The notes under the pieces: model-generated
Seen by the model: only the letters and a program-made list of their open reading frames with translations
Told to the model about the DNA's origin: nothing
Databases searched by the model: none
Shown here: piece after piece, positions 52,224 through 62,574 of the stretch
Layout of the letters: every line of letters starts with the position of its first letter
Numbering within the stretch: position 1 is the first letter of the stretch
Program-made: the position numbers and the translations under genes
Assembly (NCBI GenBank): GCA_965218695.1
Contig: OZ244651.1
Location: 800,001 to 864,000 of the forward strand
Length of the DNA: 64,000 bases
Source of the DNA: Nitrosopumilus sp.
GTDB taxonomy: Archaea; Thermoproteota; Nitrososphaeria; Nitrososphaerales; Nitrosopumilaceae
Reading direction: 5' to 3'

Positions 52224-52784
52224 ATGAAAAGAGTTGTTTTGGCCGCATTGCTGATAATTCTTGCAACTTTGCAGATTCAAGACTCCTTTGCTTGTTCCTG
52301 TTCGTCATACCCAGACTTTCTAATGACTTGGGCAGAATCTGATGGGGCATTTCAGGCAACGGTAAAAGATATTCTAACCGGCGAGGGTCCGCGAAAAGTT
52401 ATCTTTGACATCCATCAAGTGCAAAAAGGCGATTATCCTTATGGGGATTATATCTTTGAGGACTCTAGCATAATCCGTTACGGCGAAGGCACAATCCAAG
52501 CCAGTAGCTGCAGTGTCGACTACAAGAGAGGGGAAACGTATCAGGTCTTTACGTACGATAGAAGTCATGGCATAGGCTGGACCGGCATATGCAGTACAAA
52601 GCAGATTTCAGGTTTTGATACGTATTCGCATGAGGACGAGTACGGCCAGATACAGCACTACAGGCAAGACTATAGTTTCTTTATCCAATACAGCCTTTTC
52701 TCATTAGCCATACCTGTTGCCATCCCGGCGGCAATTGCAGGGATTGTCATTTGGAGGAAAAGAAGAAAGGATGATCAACGATAA
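52224..52784 (+). CDS. secreted, membrane-anchored protein with N-terminal CSC motif (TIMP/NTR-like)
   Basis: Signal peptide ending SFA-CSC, SSC and ICS cysteines, C-terminal TM helix plus RKRRK. Confidence 0.7.
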   Translation: MKRVVLAALLIILATLQIQDSFACSCSSYPDFLMTWAESDGAFQATVKDILTGEGPRKVIFDIHQVQKGDYPYGDYIFEDSSIIRYGEGTIQASSCSVDYKRGETYQVFTYDRSHGIGWTGICSTKQISGFDTYSHEDEYGQIQHYRQDYSFFIQYSLFSLAIPVAIPAAIAGIVIWRKRRKDDQR

Positions 52785-52910
52785 CATGTGCAGACGGCTC
52801 CCCTGAAACCAGAGCCAAAACTAGGCAGGAACCAACGCACGTTGTACCTGTCAGCCGATTTTGCGGCGCCCTGCGTTGCAAGATTTAAATCCCTTATGGG
52901 TCTTTAAGAT

Positions 52911-53330
52911 GTGATGCTCCTGCCTGCCGAGATTGAATCCAAGACCCTGATTCCCGCATTGAGGGCCATTCTTGCAAAAAAGCTTGCCGAAGAGCACAAC
53001 ATCAGGGAGGATGAGATCTCAAAGATGCTCGGCGTCACCCAGGCTGCAGTAAGCAACTACATCCGCGGCACGCGTGGGGATCCGTCCCTGATCATAAAGC
53101 TCCTGGCAGAAGAGCAGGTCTCAGTCATGATAGACGAGCTGAGCGACAACCTTTCGTCGGACATGGCCTACACGCCTTCTAGCCTCTCAAAATTCATCGG
53201 GCTCTGTAATTACATAAAGTCCAGTCTGCTGATATGCGAGATACACCACAACCTAGAGTCCAACATTGATGAGCAGGTGTGCAAGGAATGCGAGAACATG
53301 CTGCTCAAGGGGCCAGGAAGCATCTACTAG
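52911..53330 (+). CDS. HTH transcriptional regulator (archaeal XRE-like)
   Basis: LPAEIE..IPALR..MLGVTQAAVSNY; C-terminal CEIH..CKEC; TTTAAAT box upstream. Confidence 0.85.
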   Translation: MMLLPAEIESKTLIPALRAILAKKLAEEHNIREDEISKMLGVTQAAVSNYIRGTRGDPSLIIKLLAEEQVSVMIDELSDNLSSDMAYTPSSLSKFIGLCNYIKSSLLICEIHHNLESNIDEQVCKECENMLLKGPGSIY

Positions 53331-53608
53331 GCCCTGTCCAATATTATCTCGACTGTCGATGTCATTCTGCCTATTCCGGGGGCTGATTCTGTATCCAGGA
53401 TAACCTTTTGGACCCTGACCCCCATGTTCATGTCCCTTATGATGTTAGCCACTGCCACCGCGTTTGGGATGGAGTTGCCTTTTGATCTTAAGGCCAGCCT
53501 GCCAGTGCCATTCAGTCGGGACAGCACGTATGCCACCGACTCCATTACTGGATCGTGTTCAATCGTTATGTAGTCCTGTATCGTTTCGTCTGCTCCCCCT
53601 AGTGACAT
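53327..53608 (-). CDS. Alba-like nucleic-acid-binding protein
   Basis: LRSKGNSIPNAVAVA..STVEI resembles the Alba KARG..I..AVDV..S.IEI signature. Confidence 0.75.
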   Translation of the reverse strand: MSLGGADETIQDYITIEHDPVMESVAYVLSRLNGTGRLALRSKGNSIPNAVAVANIIRDMNMGVRVQKVILDTESAPGIGRMTSTVEIILDRA

Positions 53609-53659
53609 TATTTAACGATCAGGAATTTTCTATTCTTTTAAGTTTTATCGACCAATTGT

Positions 53660-54136
53660 TCATTTTTCAAAATTGGTAATTGGTATATTCTGGTAGTCGC
53701 CGTTTGGCAGAACCCTTCTTATGGTGATCGGTATGACCCTCTGCTCCAGCTCCTCCATGGATATGTCCAGCGAGATTCTTGCAGTCTTTGGAATTGGTAT
53801 GAATGGAGGTGCCCCCAGTGACAGCTGTAGTGCCCTTGCACCCATAATTCTTGCCTTCTCAAACCTAGTCAGCGTCGGAGGACCAATCAGTATGGTGCCG
53901 TCAAATGGTATCTCGACTGGATCGTGATCATCAATCTTCTCTACCACCTCTCTGTCCTCAATCTCCTTTATCCTCTTCTCCAGCACCTCCTGTTCCTCTT
54001 CTGTCAATGCATTCTTGCCTGCATTCTCTATCAGTTTTCGATAGGTATCAAGCGCCTTGTTCAAACCTACATTCTTCTCGGGTTCAACATCCAAAACCTT
54101 CGGCTCTGTCAGCTCAGCCTCTTTTATGTCCGACAA
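53660..54136 (-). CDS. rpoK: DNA-directed RNA polymerase subunit K (Rpo6)
   Basis: LTRFEKARIMGARALQLSLGAP..PITIRRVLP; start placed at TTG 54136. Confidence 0.93.
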   Translation of the reverse strand: MSDIKEAELTEPKVLDVEPEKNVGLNKALDTYRKLIENAGKNALTEEEQEVLEKRIKEIEDREVVEKIDDHDPVEIPFDGTILIGPPTLTRFEKARIMGARALQLSLGAPPFIPIPKTARISLDISMEELEQRVIPITIRRVLPNGDYQNIPITNFEK

Positions 54137-54188
54137 GTGACGAGTTTCATTTAAAACGTTATATAATCCAATCATTTCCACCAACGGG

Positions 54189-54572
54189 TTGACTGTATCA
54201 TCCGTATCTAGAATGCAGCTGACCCTGGAGGTTCTGGGAAAGGCAAAGGTCACATGCAGCCTCAAGAGGCATCTGTCTCCAAGAACCGTCGGCATCATAA
54301 CAAGATCCCTCCCGCTGGAAGGCTACATCCACATGCTGGGCAAGGACATTCTGTATGTGGAGACCAGCATCGATTCCGGAATCGAGAGGGCAAGATCCGA
54401 GTTCAAGAAGGGCGATATTGCATTTCTGCCATCCACCGGAAGCATGTGCTTCTTCATCAATGATGTTGTCTCTGCCAAGACCATGACGCCGCTTGGAAGG
54501 ATTGATGATGTTGATGCGCTCTCAGGCCTCAGATCCGGCGATATCCTGCACATCTATGATGATGCTGCCTGA
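54189..54572 (+). CDS. cyclophilin-like fold protein
   Basis: SPRTV..LPL..KGDIAF.P..CFF..PLG pattern. Confidence 0.8.
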   Translation: MTVSSVSRMQLTLEVLGKAKVTCSLKRHLSPRTVGIITRSLPLEGYIHMLGKDILYVETSIDSGIERARSEFKKGDIAFLPSTGSMCFFINDVVSAKTMTPLGRIDDVDALSGLRSGDILHIYDDAA

Positions 54573-54859
54573 TACAGGCGGTGTCCTGAATACCCGCCTA
54601 CCGTCTTTACGGTTCCCTTTTCTGTCTGCTTCCTTAGGAAGGCGTTTGCAGTAGATATCTTGATCCCTGTCTGCCTGGCAAGTTCCTGAACCGTGACCAC
54701 CTTGGCGTTTTGGATTATCCTCATCGCCTGCTGTTCGTTGATCCTGACTGTGATCTCGGCCTTTTTTGGTCCGCTGTCCTTGTCCTTCTTTCCCTTCTTT
54801 GCATCCTTGGACGATGATTTGTCCTTGGATGCTGGAGTGGGTTTTTTTGCTCCGCCCAT
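54554..54859 (-). CDS. rps25e: 30S ribosomal protein S25e-like
   Basis: Lys-rich N-terminus MGGAKKP followed by a winged helix (VTVQELA..IKISTA..LR..G.VK..LY). Confidence 0.75.
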   Translation of the reverse strand: MGGAKKPTPASKDKSSSKDAKKGKKDKDSGPKKAEITVRINEQQAMRIIQNAKVVTVQELARQTGIKISTANAFLRKQTEKGTVKTVGGYSGHRLYQAASS

Positions 54860-55393
54860 ATCGATTCAGGCGGATATTCCTCTTATAAACGATGAATTCG
54901 GATGAAAATAAGAATCTAGTAATTATTCAGGACTTCCTTCCCGTATGAATGTGCATCCATTTGGAGCCAGGCCGGCCTGTCCATCCGGTCTGGATCATGC
55001 AGTGTCTTGTGTTTGGACAGGATTGCCGGCCTGTTTGACATTACCCGCATGGCATTTGGCAGGCAATCCCCCCCCCCTCCAGCCAAAAAGATTGCCGGCA
55101 TATTGCTTTTGGGCCTGCAACATGGAATGTCCAAGGGAAAGGGTTTGGCAGTACGGCCAGTCCCGGAAAGGAACGGTGCAAAAACGGCTCCTGGGAGTAT
55201 CTGCAGACAGGATCACTCTGCGCAAACCCCGAGGATGCAGGCAGACGTCCCATTGTACATACTCAGGTCCCCCTCAAACTCAGGCGTGAATATACGTAAA
55301 ACAGTACATGTTTACGCCTAGACAATACCGGGACCTGAGTATGTACGTCCCATTTTGCAAAACATACAAAAACCCGATACTTGTCTCATTAAT

Positions 55394-56995
55394 GTGCAGA
55401 CGAGGTTTATTTTTGTCACCGGGGGCGTAATGTCCGGTCTCGGAAAGGGCATAACCACATCATCCATTGCAAAACTGCTGCAGCTGGCAGACCAGAAGGT
55501 CTCATGCGTCAAGATAGACCCGTACCTGAACTATGACGCAGGCACCATGAACCCCGTGGCCCACGGCGAGGTCTTTGTTACCGAGGATGGAGGCGAGTGT
55601 GACATGGATGTTGGAAACTATGAACGGTTCCTGAACCAGAACATCCCAAAAAGCCACAACATCACAACGGCCCAGGTGTACTCTGCAGTAATCGAGGCCG
55701 AACGGAGAGGCGAGTACCTTGGGGCATGCGTCCAGATAATACCCCATGTGACTGACAAAATCAAGGACAGGATCAGGGACATTGCCAGGGATGAGAACCT
55801 GGACTTTCTGATTGTAGAGTGCGGCGGAACCGTGGGGGACATAGAGTCGCTGCCTTTTCTAGAGGCCCTCAGGCAGATGCGAGTCGAGGAGGGCTCCAAC
55901 GGGGTAATCTTTGTACACGTCACACTGGCACCCGAGCTTGACGTGGTGGGGGAGCAGAAGACAAAACCCACGCAGCACAGTGCCCAGGAACTGAGAAGGA
56001 TAGGCATCCAGCCTGACCTCCTGGCGGTAAGATGCACCTCGCCGTTGCAGGAGAGCACGAAGAAAAAGATTGCAATGTTTACAAATGTGACTGCAGCAGA
56101 CGTGCTGTCCTGTCATGACGTGGACTCTGTCCTCAAGGTGCCCCAGATTCTGTACGATCAGGGAATCATGGACTCGCTGTTTACAAAGTTTGGAAGGGTG
56201 GGGATGGTAAATGCCTCTGCCAACTGGGACAGATGGAACAGGATAGTGCATGAAATGGCCGGCCATGGGGATCAAAAGGTAAGGATAGCAATGGTTGGAA
56301 AGTATGTCACGCTCTCGGACAGCTACGTAAGCGTAAACCACGCCCTCAGGCACGCAGCTGCACAGATAAAAAGATCCGCAGACATCCACTGGCTGGACTC
56401 TGAGTCCGTTACAGACGACGCGCTTTCCGGGTATGACGGCATTCTGGTTCCGGGGGGGTTTGGCCACCGGGGTTCGAAGGGAATCATCAACGCTGCAGAC
56501 TATGCGCGCAGGAACAACATACCCTACCTTGGAATCTGCTTTGGATTTCAGATGGCCGCAGTAGCGTTTGGAAGATCCGTCATGAACATGCCCGGTGCAG
56601 CATCCACCGAGATGGATGCCGATGCCAGTGATCCCGTAGTGGACCTGCTTCCGGAGCAGAAGGACGTCAGTGACATGGGAGGATCACTCAGACTGGGCGC
56701 AAGCACCATATCGATAAGGGATGGCACCATCGCAAGGGAGATCTACAATGCCGAGGCCATCTGCAGGAGGCACCGGCACAGGTATGAGATAAACCCAGGA
56801 TACATCCCGGAATTTGCAAAGAACGGCCTGCTGTTCTCTGCTGAAAGCGACGGCGGGAGGAGGATGGAGATACTTGAGATACCAGACCACAAATTCTATC
56901 TGGGAGTTCAGTTCCATCCAGAGTTCAGCAGCAGGCCGGGATTCCCCGAGGAGTCCTTTGCAGCATTTGTCAGGGCAGCATCCGGGGGCTACTGA
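55394..56995 (+). CDS. pyrG: CTP synthase
   Basis: FVTGGVMSGLGKG, KIDPYLN, KTKPTQHS, LGICFG, RHRHRYE and QFHPE motifs; start placed at GTG 55394. Confidence 0.97.
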   Translation: MQTRFIFVTGGVMSGLGKGITTSSIAKLLQLADQKVSCVKIDPYLNYDAGTMNPVAHGEVFVTEDGGECDMDVGNYERFLNQNIPKSHNITTAQVYSAVIEAERRGEYLGACVQIIPHVTDKIKDRIRDIARDENLDFLIVECGGTVGDIESLPFLEALRQMRVEEGSNGVIFVHVTLAPELDVVGEQKTKPTQHSAQELRRIGIQPDLLAVRCTSPLQESTKKKIAMFTNVTAADVLSCHDVDSVLKVPQILYDQGIMDSLFTKFGRVGMVNASANWDRWNRIVHEMAGHGDQKVRIAMVGKYVTLSDSYVSVNHALRHAAAQIKRSADIHWLDSESVTDDALSGYDGILVPGGFGHRGSKGIINAADYARRNNIPYLGICFGFQMAAVAFGRSVMNMPGAASTEMDADASDPVVDLLPEQKDVSDMGGSLRLGASTISIRDGTIAREIYNAEAICRRHRHRYEINPGYIPEFAKNGLLFSAESDGGRRMEILEIPDHKFYLGVQFHPEFSSRPGFPEESFAAFVRAASGGY

Positions 56996-57034
56996 GGCGT
57001 TGCTCTGCATGCCTGTGGATGGATGCTCCTCCTA

Positions 57035-58036
57035 TTATCCTATCTTGGATATGACGTAGATCCTCTGTCTTGCATCCCTGGTGGATACCTTCTTTTTGAC
57101 GTATCCCTTCTTGAGGAGATGGCTCAGGGCAAGCCTGATGGTCCTCTCCGGGAGCAGCGTCTTGCTTGCCAGGTTCTTCTGCGTTAGGGCGCCTTCGTAC
57201 TCTAGCGTCTTTAGAAGCAGCTTGGCGCTTGGCGGCATGCTGAGCAGATCCTCGGCAAGATGTACCTTCTTTGCAAGGGCAGAGATTGCAGTGGAGTCGT
57301 TTTTGAGCCGGATTATGCTGGCAGGTGGAAAGAACTGGGTGCACTCCACGGTCTTGCCCACCTTGTAGCGGTCCCTGCCGTCAAGGACGACCTCGCAGTG
57401 GTACCTTGCAGAGACATCGTCTATCTCGATCGAGCTGCTGTTTGATACTATTATCGGCCTCCTGGTCACGTCGATGGAGTTGACAGAGATTATCCCAAAG
57501 ACTGCAGAGTCCTGAAACAGCACGGGGCCGCCTGCAGACATGGAGTATGCAGAAGAGCCTATTGGGGTGGAGACTATCACCCCGTCACTGTTGTCGTGCC
57601 ATACCTCCTCCCCGTTGACGCGCAGCGTATGCTCCATGAGTGTGGCACTCTTTTTAGAGAATACCGCGACGTCATTGAGCACAGGATATACGCTCCTGCC
57701 GTCTATCTTTACTCCGAGACGGGGAACCTTGTCGACTACGTACTTTTGCGTCTTTAGGATGCCTGCATAGGATGCAAACTCCCGCAGATCAACCTGTGCA
57801 AGGATCCCGTCTGCCTCGCCTTCATTGATTCCCAGTACGGGCAGGGTCGCATCAAATGTCTGATGAAAGTAGCTTCTGACTCCCCTGTCTCCGCCTAGAA
57901 CTATGACGCAGTCTGCATTCTGTATCTTGGATTTTGTAAATACAAACGACTTGATTTCAAGATCATCTAGGATCTGCTTGATGGTCCTTGCCGCCTGTTC
58001 GGTGTTGCCATATCCGTAGATTCCTATCTGCATCAT
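57035..58036 (-). CDS. nadK: NAD kinase with C-terminal winged-helix domain
   Basis: LGGD, LND, DGVIVSTPIGSSAYSMSAGGP motifs; C-terminal PSAKLL..LTQK..ERTIRLAL HTH. Confidence 0.9.
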   Translation of the reverse strand: MMQIGIYGYGNTEQAARTIKQILDDLEIKSFVFTKSKIQNADCVIVLGGDRGVRSYFHQTFDATLPVLGINEGEADGILAQVDLREFASYAGILKTQKYVVDKVPRLGVKIDGRSVYPVLNDVAVFSKKSATLMEHTLRVNGEEVWHDNSDGVIVSTPIGSSAYSMSAGGPVLFQDSAVFGIISVNSIDVTRRPIIVSNSSSIEIDDVSARYHCEVVLDGRDRYKVGKTVECTQFFPPASIIRLKNDSTAISALAKKVHLAEDLLSMPPSAKLLLKTLEYEGALTQKNLASKTLLPERTIRLALSHLLKKGYVKKKVSTRDARQRIYVISKIG

Positions 58037-58065
58037 GAATGGGGGCTGTCAGGGTAATAAATCCA

Positions 58066-58935
58066 TTACAGATCCCGAAACTTTACCATGTTGTAAAAGT
58101 ACGACGCGTTTGTCTGGATGGCCCCCCTGCGTGGAATCTTCTGCAGGCCGACGTTCTTTGAGTCGAGTGCCGCCTGGGTGGCACCCCCGGCAAAGCAGAG
58201 GGCCCACAAAAAGTCCTTCTCCCTGAGCATGGTACAGCAAAATGCCGCACAAAAGATGTCGCCAATGCCGGTCGTGTCGTGAATGCGCTTGCTTGGGATG
58301 GTAATGGAGTATACCTTGTCATCTGCCAAAAGCGAGATCTCTGTCCCGTCTGCCAGCAGGACATATCTGACTCCCCTCCTCTGGAGCGCCCTCATCATGT
58401 CTGTGCCGGCTCCGTCAACCATGCATCTGGCCTCGTCAGGGTTGACCTTGATGGCATCGACTCCGGACAGATCAAGATCAGTATCCTTTAGCATTATGCG
58501 GTTTTGTGGGTCCGTCCCCCTTAGAAACCCCTGTGGATCGACAAGAAGAAAGCTAGAGTCGCCCTTGATTCCCTCAAAGACGTCGTCGGATATCTCGTGA
58601 AATATCGGACTCACTATGTGCCCGTCTGCGTCCGTCTTTGAGTACGGTATCGGCTCGCACCGGTTTTCAAGCACGAGCGTCCTGTCGGCGCCGTCAACGG
58701 CGATGGCGAACCTGGTGGTTCCCCTGTCGGATTCGCACCCTGTGTGGCTTATCTTGTTCTCTGCGAGGTACTGGCTTGGAAAGTCTGCGCCGAACCTTGT
58801 GTGCAGGTCTACGTCAAACTTGAACTGCCTGGCTGTAAGCCCGCAGTAGCATGCAGGGCCGCCAATCTGATCATACCTCTCCCCGCCGATTGTGATTGTA
58901 TCTACTGCACAGTGGGCAAAGATGGACAGTTTCAC
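58066..58935 (-). CDS. PfkB-family carbohydrate kinase
   Basis: IGG, VDPQG, KVN.DE and DTTGIGDIF motifs. Confidence 0.9.
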   Translation of the reverse strand: MKLSIFAHCAVDTITIGGERYDQIGGPACYCGLTARQFKFDVDLHTRFGADFPSQYLAENKISHTGCESDRGTTRFAIAVDGADRTLVLENRCEPIPYSKTDADGHIVSPIFHEISDDVFEGIKGDSSFLLVDPQGFLRGTDPQNRIMLKDTDLDLSGVDAIKVNPDEARCMVDGAGTDMMRALQRRGVRYVLLADGTEISLLADDKVYSITIPSKRIHDTTGIGDIFCAAFCCTMLREKDFLWALCFAGGATQAALDSKNVGLQKIPRRGAIQTNASYFYNMVKFRDL

Positions 58936-59230
58936 CCTCTATACAATCACGATATGGGATTTAGTTTTTTGCATTGTTTTTTTCGAAGCAGTCCCTGCAG
59001 GTGATTCTTCCTTTTAGTATCACCAAATCCATTCCCGAGCGTAGGCATTCATGACACAGACCGCGCATTACATATCATCTATAATTACACCTTCCCTGCT
59101 TAAAAGATGCTACTGCGGCAAGACGCAAAAGTCAGTTCCTAACAAGAGAAAGCGGTGCGTGGGGTTATGGCAGTTCGGAACCCGCCCTGGTGCAGGGCAA
59201 AGATTTTTCTGTCCTGCTTGTGGATTGCGC

Positions 59231-59818
59231 GTGTTGAGAACCGCCCTTCTGGCACTTGTTGCAATGTTTATTGTACTGGTCCCGTTGTCCGTGTGGCTGA
59301 CAGAGGCATCTGGCAGCGTAGCCCGAATCCCGACAAGCGCCCCTGTTGTCTTGGCAGTCACAATCGCGTTATCCCTGGTGTCGTGGTTGGCCTTTTCGTG
59401 GAAATTCAAGGGATTCAGCCCTTCCGGAGTCCTGCTCTGCGTGATTACAGGCGCGTCCCTTGCGTTTCCGTTCCTCGGTGTTCTCGGACCCCTTGCCGGG
59501 ATCATTGTGGGAATAGTCGCGGGATTTTCGGCCTCACTGCTACAAAGAAGGATGGGGGATCCCTCGCAGAGTCGACAGCTGAAGCTGGCCGTCATGATAC
59601 TTGTTGCAGCATATCTTGGTTTGACGGCAGTTGCCTTGGGCGCGTATAACCCACCGATATGGGACGGTGGTGGTTCTGGCCCGTGGTTCGGATACTGGAA
59701 TGTGTTGGACGAGCCCGAATCGAGTGTTCTCCTGCCCGACATTGTTGGGATTGTCCCGCTTCTTGTATCTGCCACGTCCCTGGCGGCAGCCGTACTGCTG
59801 ATCCGGGCACGGAAGTGA
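59231..59818 (+). CDS. multi-pass membrane protein with a segment resembling the ammonium-transporter C-terminal half
   Basis: About 6 TM helices; SWL....KG.SPSG....ITG....P..G..GP..GIIVGIVAG pattern; start uncertain. Confidence 0.55.
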   Translation: MLRTALLALVAMFIVLVPLSVWLTEASGSVARIPTSAPVVLAVTIALSLVSWLAFSWKFKGFSPSGVLLCVITGASLAFPFLGVLGPLAGIIVGIVAGFSASLLQRRMGDPSQSRQLKLAVMILVAAYLGLTAVALGAYNPPIWDGGGSGPWFGYWNVLDEPESSVLLPDIVGIVPLLVSATSLAAAVLLIRARK

Positions 59819-59905
59819 GGATTGGAAGTCTTCTGTCCCGGGACGGAACCATTTTGCGCAATCCTGCATTCTCAAGTATAAATAGCGCCTGTCTCATGTC
59901 ATGTC

Positions 59906-60118
59906 ATGGGAGTAGTATCCAAAGGCGCAAAGTGCAATGTGGACGGGTGTGACCTGGATGGCGCACGATCCCTTAACACGCTGCGGGTGCAGAGTGCGGG
60001 GCTTCGCGTAGGCTCTGCCGGGAAAAAGGCCGTACTGTGCAAGGAGCACTACAAGGAATGGAAGAAGGAGTCAAAGGGTGATCGTGACCTTGAGCGCGCC
60101 AGGTATGACCGGTTTTAG
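59906..60118 (+). CDS. conserved small archaeal Zn-binding protein
   Basis: CNVDGC...LCKEHYKEWKK..ERARY. Confidence 0.8.
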   Translation: MGVVSKGAKCNVDGCDLDGARSLNTLRVQSAGLRVGSAGKKAVLCKEHYKEWKKESKGDRDLERARYDRF

Positions 60119-60257
60119 CATATACCCGTGTTCGTGATATGATGAGAATTCTAATTCTGCCCTATTGGCCAATGGTGCCATCTCCAATCGGTGCCTGATG
60201 GCTACTACATGCGCCGGCTAATTTCAGGCAGCACCCCCCCCAGATCAGTCCTGTCTG

Positions 60258-61355
60258 CTATGCATTTCCATGGGAGTCTTCTGCGTCCTTTTTACGGACG
60301 GGGTTATCAAAGTAGTCCCTGCGGAGCCTGTCATACATGCTGCCTAGCCTTTTGTACAGCCTTTTTGGCTTTCTTGGCTTCTGACTGCTCAGCACATACA
60401 GTGCCAGAATCGGAAACGCGATAGTTGCATCTGCATACACTGTCACCATTCCATGATGTGCGTCCTGAATCTTGCCCCAGCTCTTTCCCTCCTGCAGCGT
60501 GGCACCTGACAGTCCTCCCGTGTCAGGCCGTGCGTCTGTAATCTGAATGATGTAGTCCTGTCCACCGTCGCCTCTTCTGAGTATCTGGTCAAGCAGCGGT
60601 CCTGTCTGCTGGGCCGTGTTCTTTGGAACCCCTCCTCCCAGCTCCAGAATGCCTGACTTTTCAGAGTCGTACAGGATTGCCGCCTGTTCGATTATCTCCC
60701 TTACAAAATCCAGGTTGTACATCCTGTCTCTTAGACGGTGAACGGCCAGGTTGAGGGCCAGGGAAGAGTCCTTTATGGTGGATATGTACACAGGCACATC
60801 GTACTCGTATGCTGCCGTAACAAAGCTCTTCTCGGGATGTTTTGCATTCTCTGCACTGGTCCTTCCCATCATGTTGCAAAACTCTGCAGTCGTAAACGGC
60901 TGGTCTGTCATGCCTGCCCCAATCTTTTGGATTATCTGATCCTCTGCCTCCAGCGTCTCATAAAACTTGACAAACACGTCCCTGATCCTGACGATCTCAT
61001 TTTCATACAGCCGCATATCGTCCACTTGGGAGCTTCCCTGTTTCACCGGCAGTCCCCACGCAAAATGATCTTCGTGGTATACGTTGGCACCCGTGGCAAT
61101 TATCCAGTCTACAAACCCCCTCTCAATGAGCGTCTTTATTATTCCCCCAAATCCCACAGGCGTCAGGGCTCCTGACACTGTGAGGCAGATGGTCGCATCC
61201 TCCTGGATCATCCGGGCGTACAGCTTTGCAGCCTCCCCAAGCTTCCTTCCGTTGAACCCTGAGCCCTCAAAGACATCGACCAGATCCCCTATGCCCATAC
61301 CGGGCTCAAGCCTGATGTGCGGTATGTCTTTTCCATGAAACTCGTGCGGGTTCAC
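60258..61355 (-). CDS. dys: deoxyhypusine synthase
   Basis: SGAL, TGAN, LGGGVPKN, TGGLSGAT..EGKSWGKI and DATIAFP motifs. Confidence 0.95.
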   Translation of the reverse strand: MNPHEFHGKDIPHIRLEPGMGIGDLVDVFEGSGFNGRKLGEAAKLYARMIQEDATICLTVSGALTPVGFGGIIKTLIERGFVDWIIATGANVYHEDHFAWGLPVKQGSSQVDDMRLYENEIVRIRDVFVKFYETLEAEDQIIQKIGAGMTDQPFTTAEFCNMMGRTSAENAKHPEKSFVTAAYEYDVPVYISTIKDSSLALNLAVHRLRDRMYNLDFVREIIEQAAILYDSEKSGILELGGGVPKNTAQQTGPLLDQILRRGDGGQDYIIQITDARPDTGGLSGATLQEGKSWGKIQDAHHGMVTVYADATIAFPILALYVLSSQKPRKPKRLYKRLGSMYDRLRRDYFDNPVRKKDAEDSHGNA

Positions 61356-61502
61356 ACCTGAAAAATAATCCGTGCTGTAATAATACTTGCTGGTTGGAGG
61401 ACTCCCCTGGGGACTCGGGTGTGCCGGGATCCGATTGCGCGCGCCGGCCCATACCAGCTACTGCCTAATTCGCATCAGAATGCGGCATCTCAAATATTGG
61501 GC

Positions 61503-61952
61503 TCAGAACATAATATAGTCAAGAGCAGATGCGTCGCTGATCAGTCTTGTGTGTCTGGTGCCCAGAACGTAGCCGTTTTTGATATCAACCACCGGAATCC
61601 ATCGGTTGGTGGACGTGTAGTGTCTCTTTTCTGCAAGCTCGCGCTCTATTGCCTCTATGTCAAACTCGCCTTCCTCCACCTCCTGCGTGGTAAGGTGCTT
61701 GATTGTGACCATAATCTTGGTAACCTTTACCCTGTCTCCAAACTTCCATCTTGAGGCCGGTATCTCGTCGGAGACCTCCAGAACCTTGATCTTCATCTGT
61801 TTCTTCCCAAACGCATCGTGGCTGACCAGTGTCTTTTCATCAGTAAACTCTTCAAAACTGATCCTGGAGTTTACCTCTGCATCAGAGATTGTATCCAGCA
61901 AAGATTTTGAGTCTATCCCGGGGGGAGATGCGTCGGACTCGTTCTCACTCAT
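61503..61952 (-). CDS. conserved hypothetical protein
   Basis: Host-like 149-aa ORF, co-oriented with its neighbours. Confidence 0.75.
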   Translation of the reverse strand: MSENESDASPPGIDSKSLLDTISDAEVNSRISFEEFTDEKTLVSHDAFGKKQMKIKVLEVSDEIPASRWKFGDRVKVTKIMVTIKHLTTQEVEEGEFDIEAIERELAEKRHYTSTNRWIPVVDIKNGYVLGTRHTRLISDASALDYIMF

Positions 61953-61996
61953 GTGCTAAATCCACCAATGTCATTAAAAACAGTTTGCCAAATACT

Positions 61997-62524
61997 CTAT
62001 TCTGCGGCAAACGGCATCTTGTAATCCTTCAGGGTAATCTCCTCCCGCAGGCTGCCTGTGCCTGCAAACGTCCTGCCGTCATAGCTGCACGTGCAGCTGG
62101 TGACATCCCTGGACTCGTCCCACACCTTGTAAAACTCCCGCAGTTTCCTGCCCTCGTATCTTCCAAGGCCCACCCTCTTCTTTGAGAGAAACTTGAAGGC
62201 AAGTATCACCTTTCTCTTCCTGTATATCTCAAACATGTCCATCCACTCAATGCACCGCATTATCTGCTCTGCAGGGACTGGAAGGGACATGGTGGTGCCT
62301 GACTTTGCCTCTATTACGAGCATGGTTCTTTTGAATGTGCTGACTGCCAGCACGTCTGGCAGTCTGATGCTAGGGGATCCCAGCCGGAACGCCTTCCAGT
62401 CATGCGTGCTGTTGAACCTCCTGATCAGGGTATCCTCCCACGCGTATCCTCTCTGCCTGCGTACCCTGGACGCCGTTGTGTTGTTGGGTGCCTCCCTTGG
62501 AACCCCATCTGTCCGTGTCATCAT
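61997..62524 (-). CDS. hjc: archaeal Holliday-junction resolvase-like PD-(D/E)xK nuclease
   Basis: RG..WE, PDVLA and VIEAKS motifs. Confidence 0.85.
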   Translation of the reverse strand: MMTRTDGVPREAPNNTTASRVRRQRGYAWEDTLIRRFNSTHDWKAFRLGSPSIRLPDVLAVSTFKRTMLVIEAKSGTTMSLPVPAEQIMRCIEWMDMFEIYRKRKVILAFKFLSKKRVGLGRYEGRKLREFYKVWDESRDVTSCTCSYDGRTFAGTGSLREEITLKDYKMPFAAE

Positions 62525-62574
62525 AATAGCATCCAATCCAGTGCGATATATGTTAAGGCAGCCGTCCGATGGCA

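Noticed and set aside
57035-58036. NAD kinase-HTH fusion as a novelty
   Set aside because: As far as I recall this architecture is common in thaumarchaeal genomes, and it sits in ordinary core context here.
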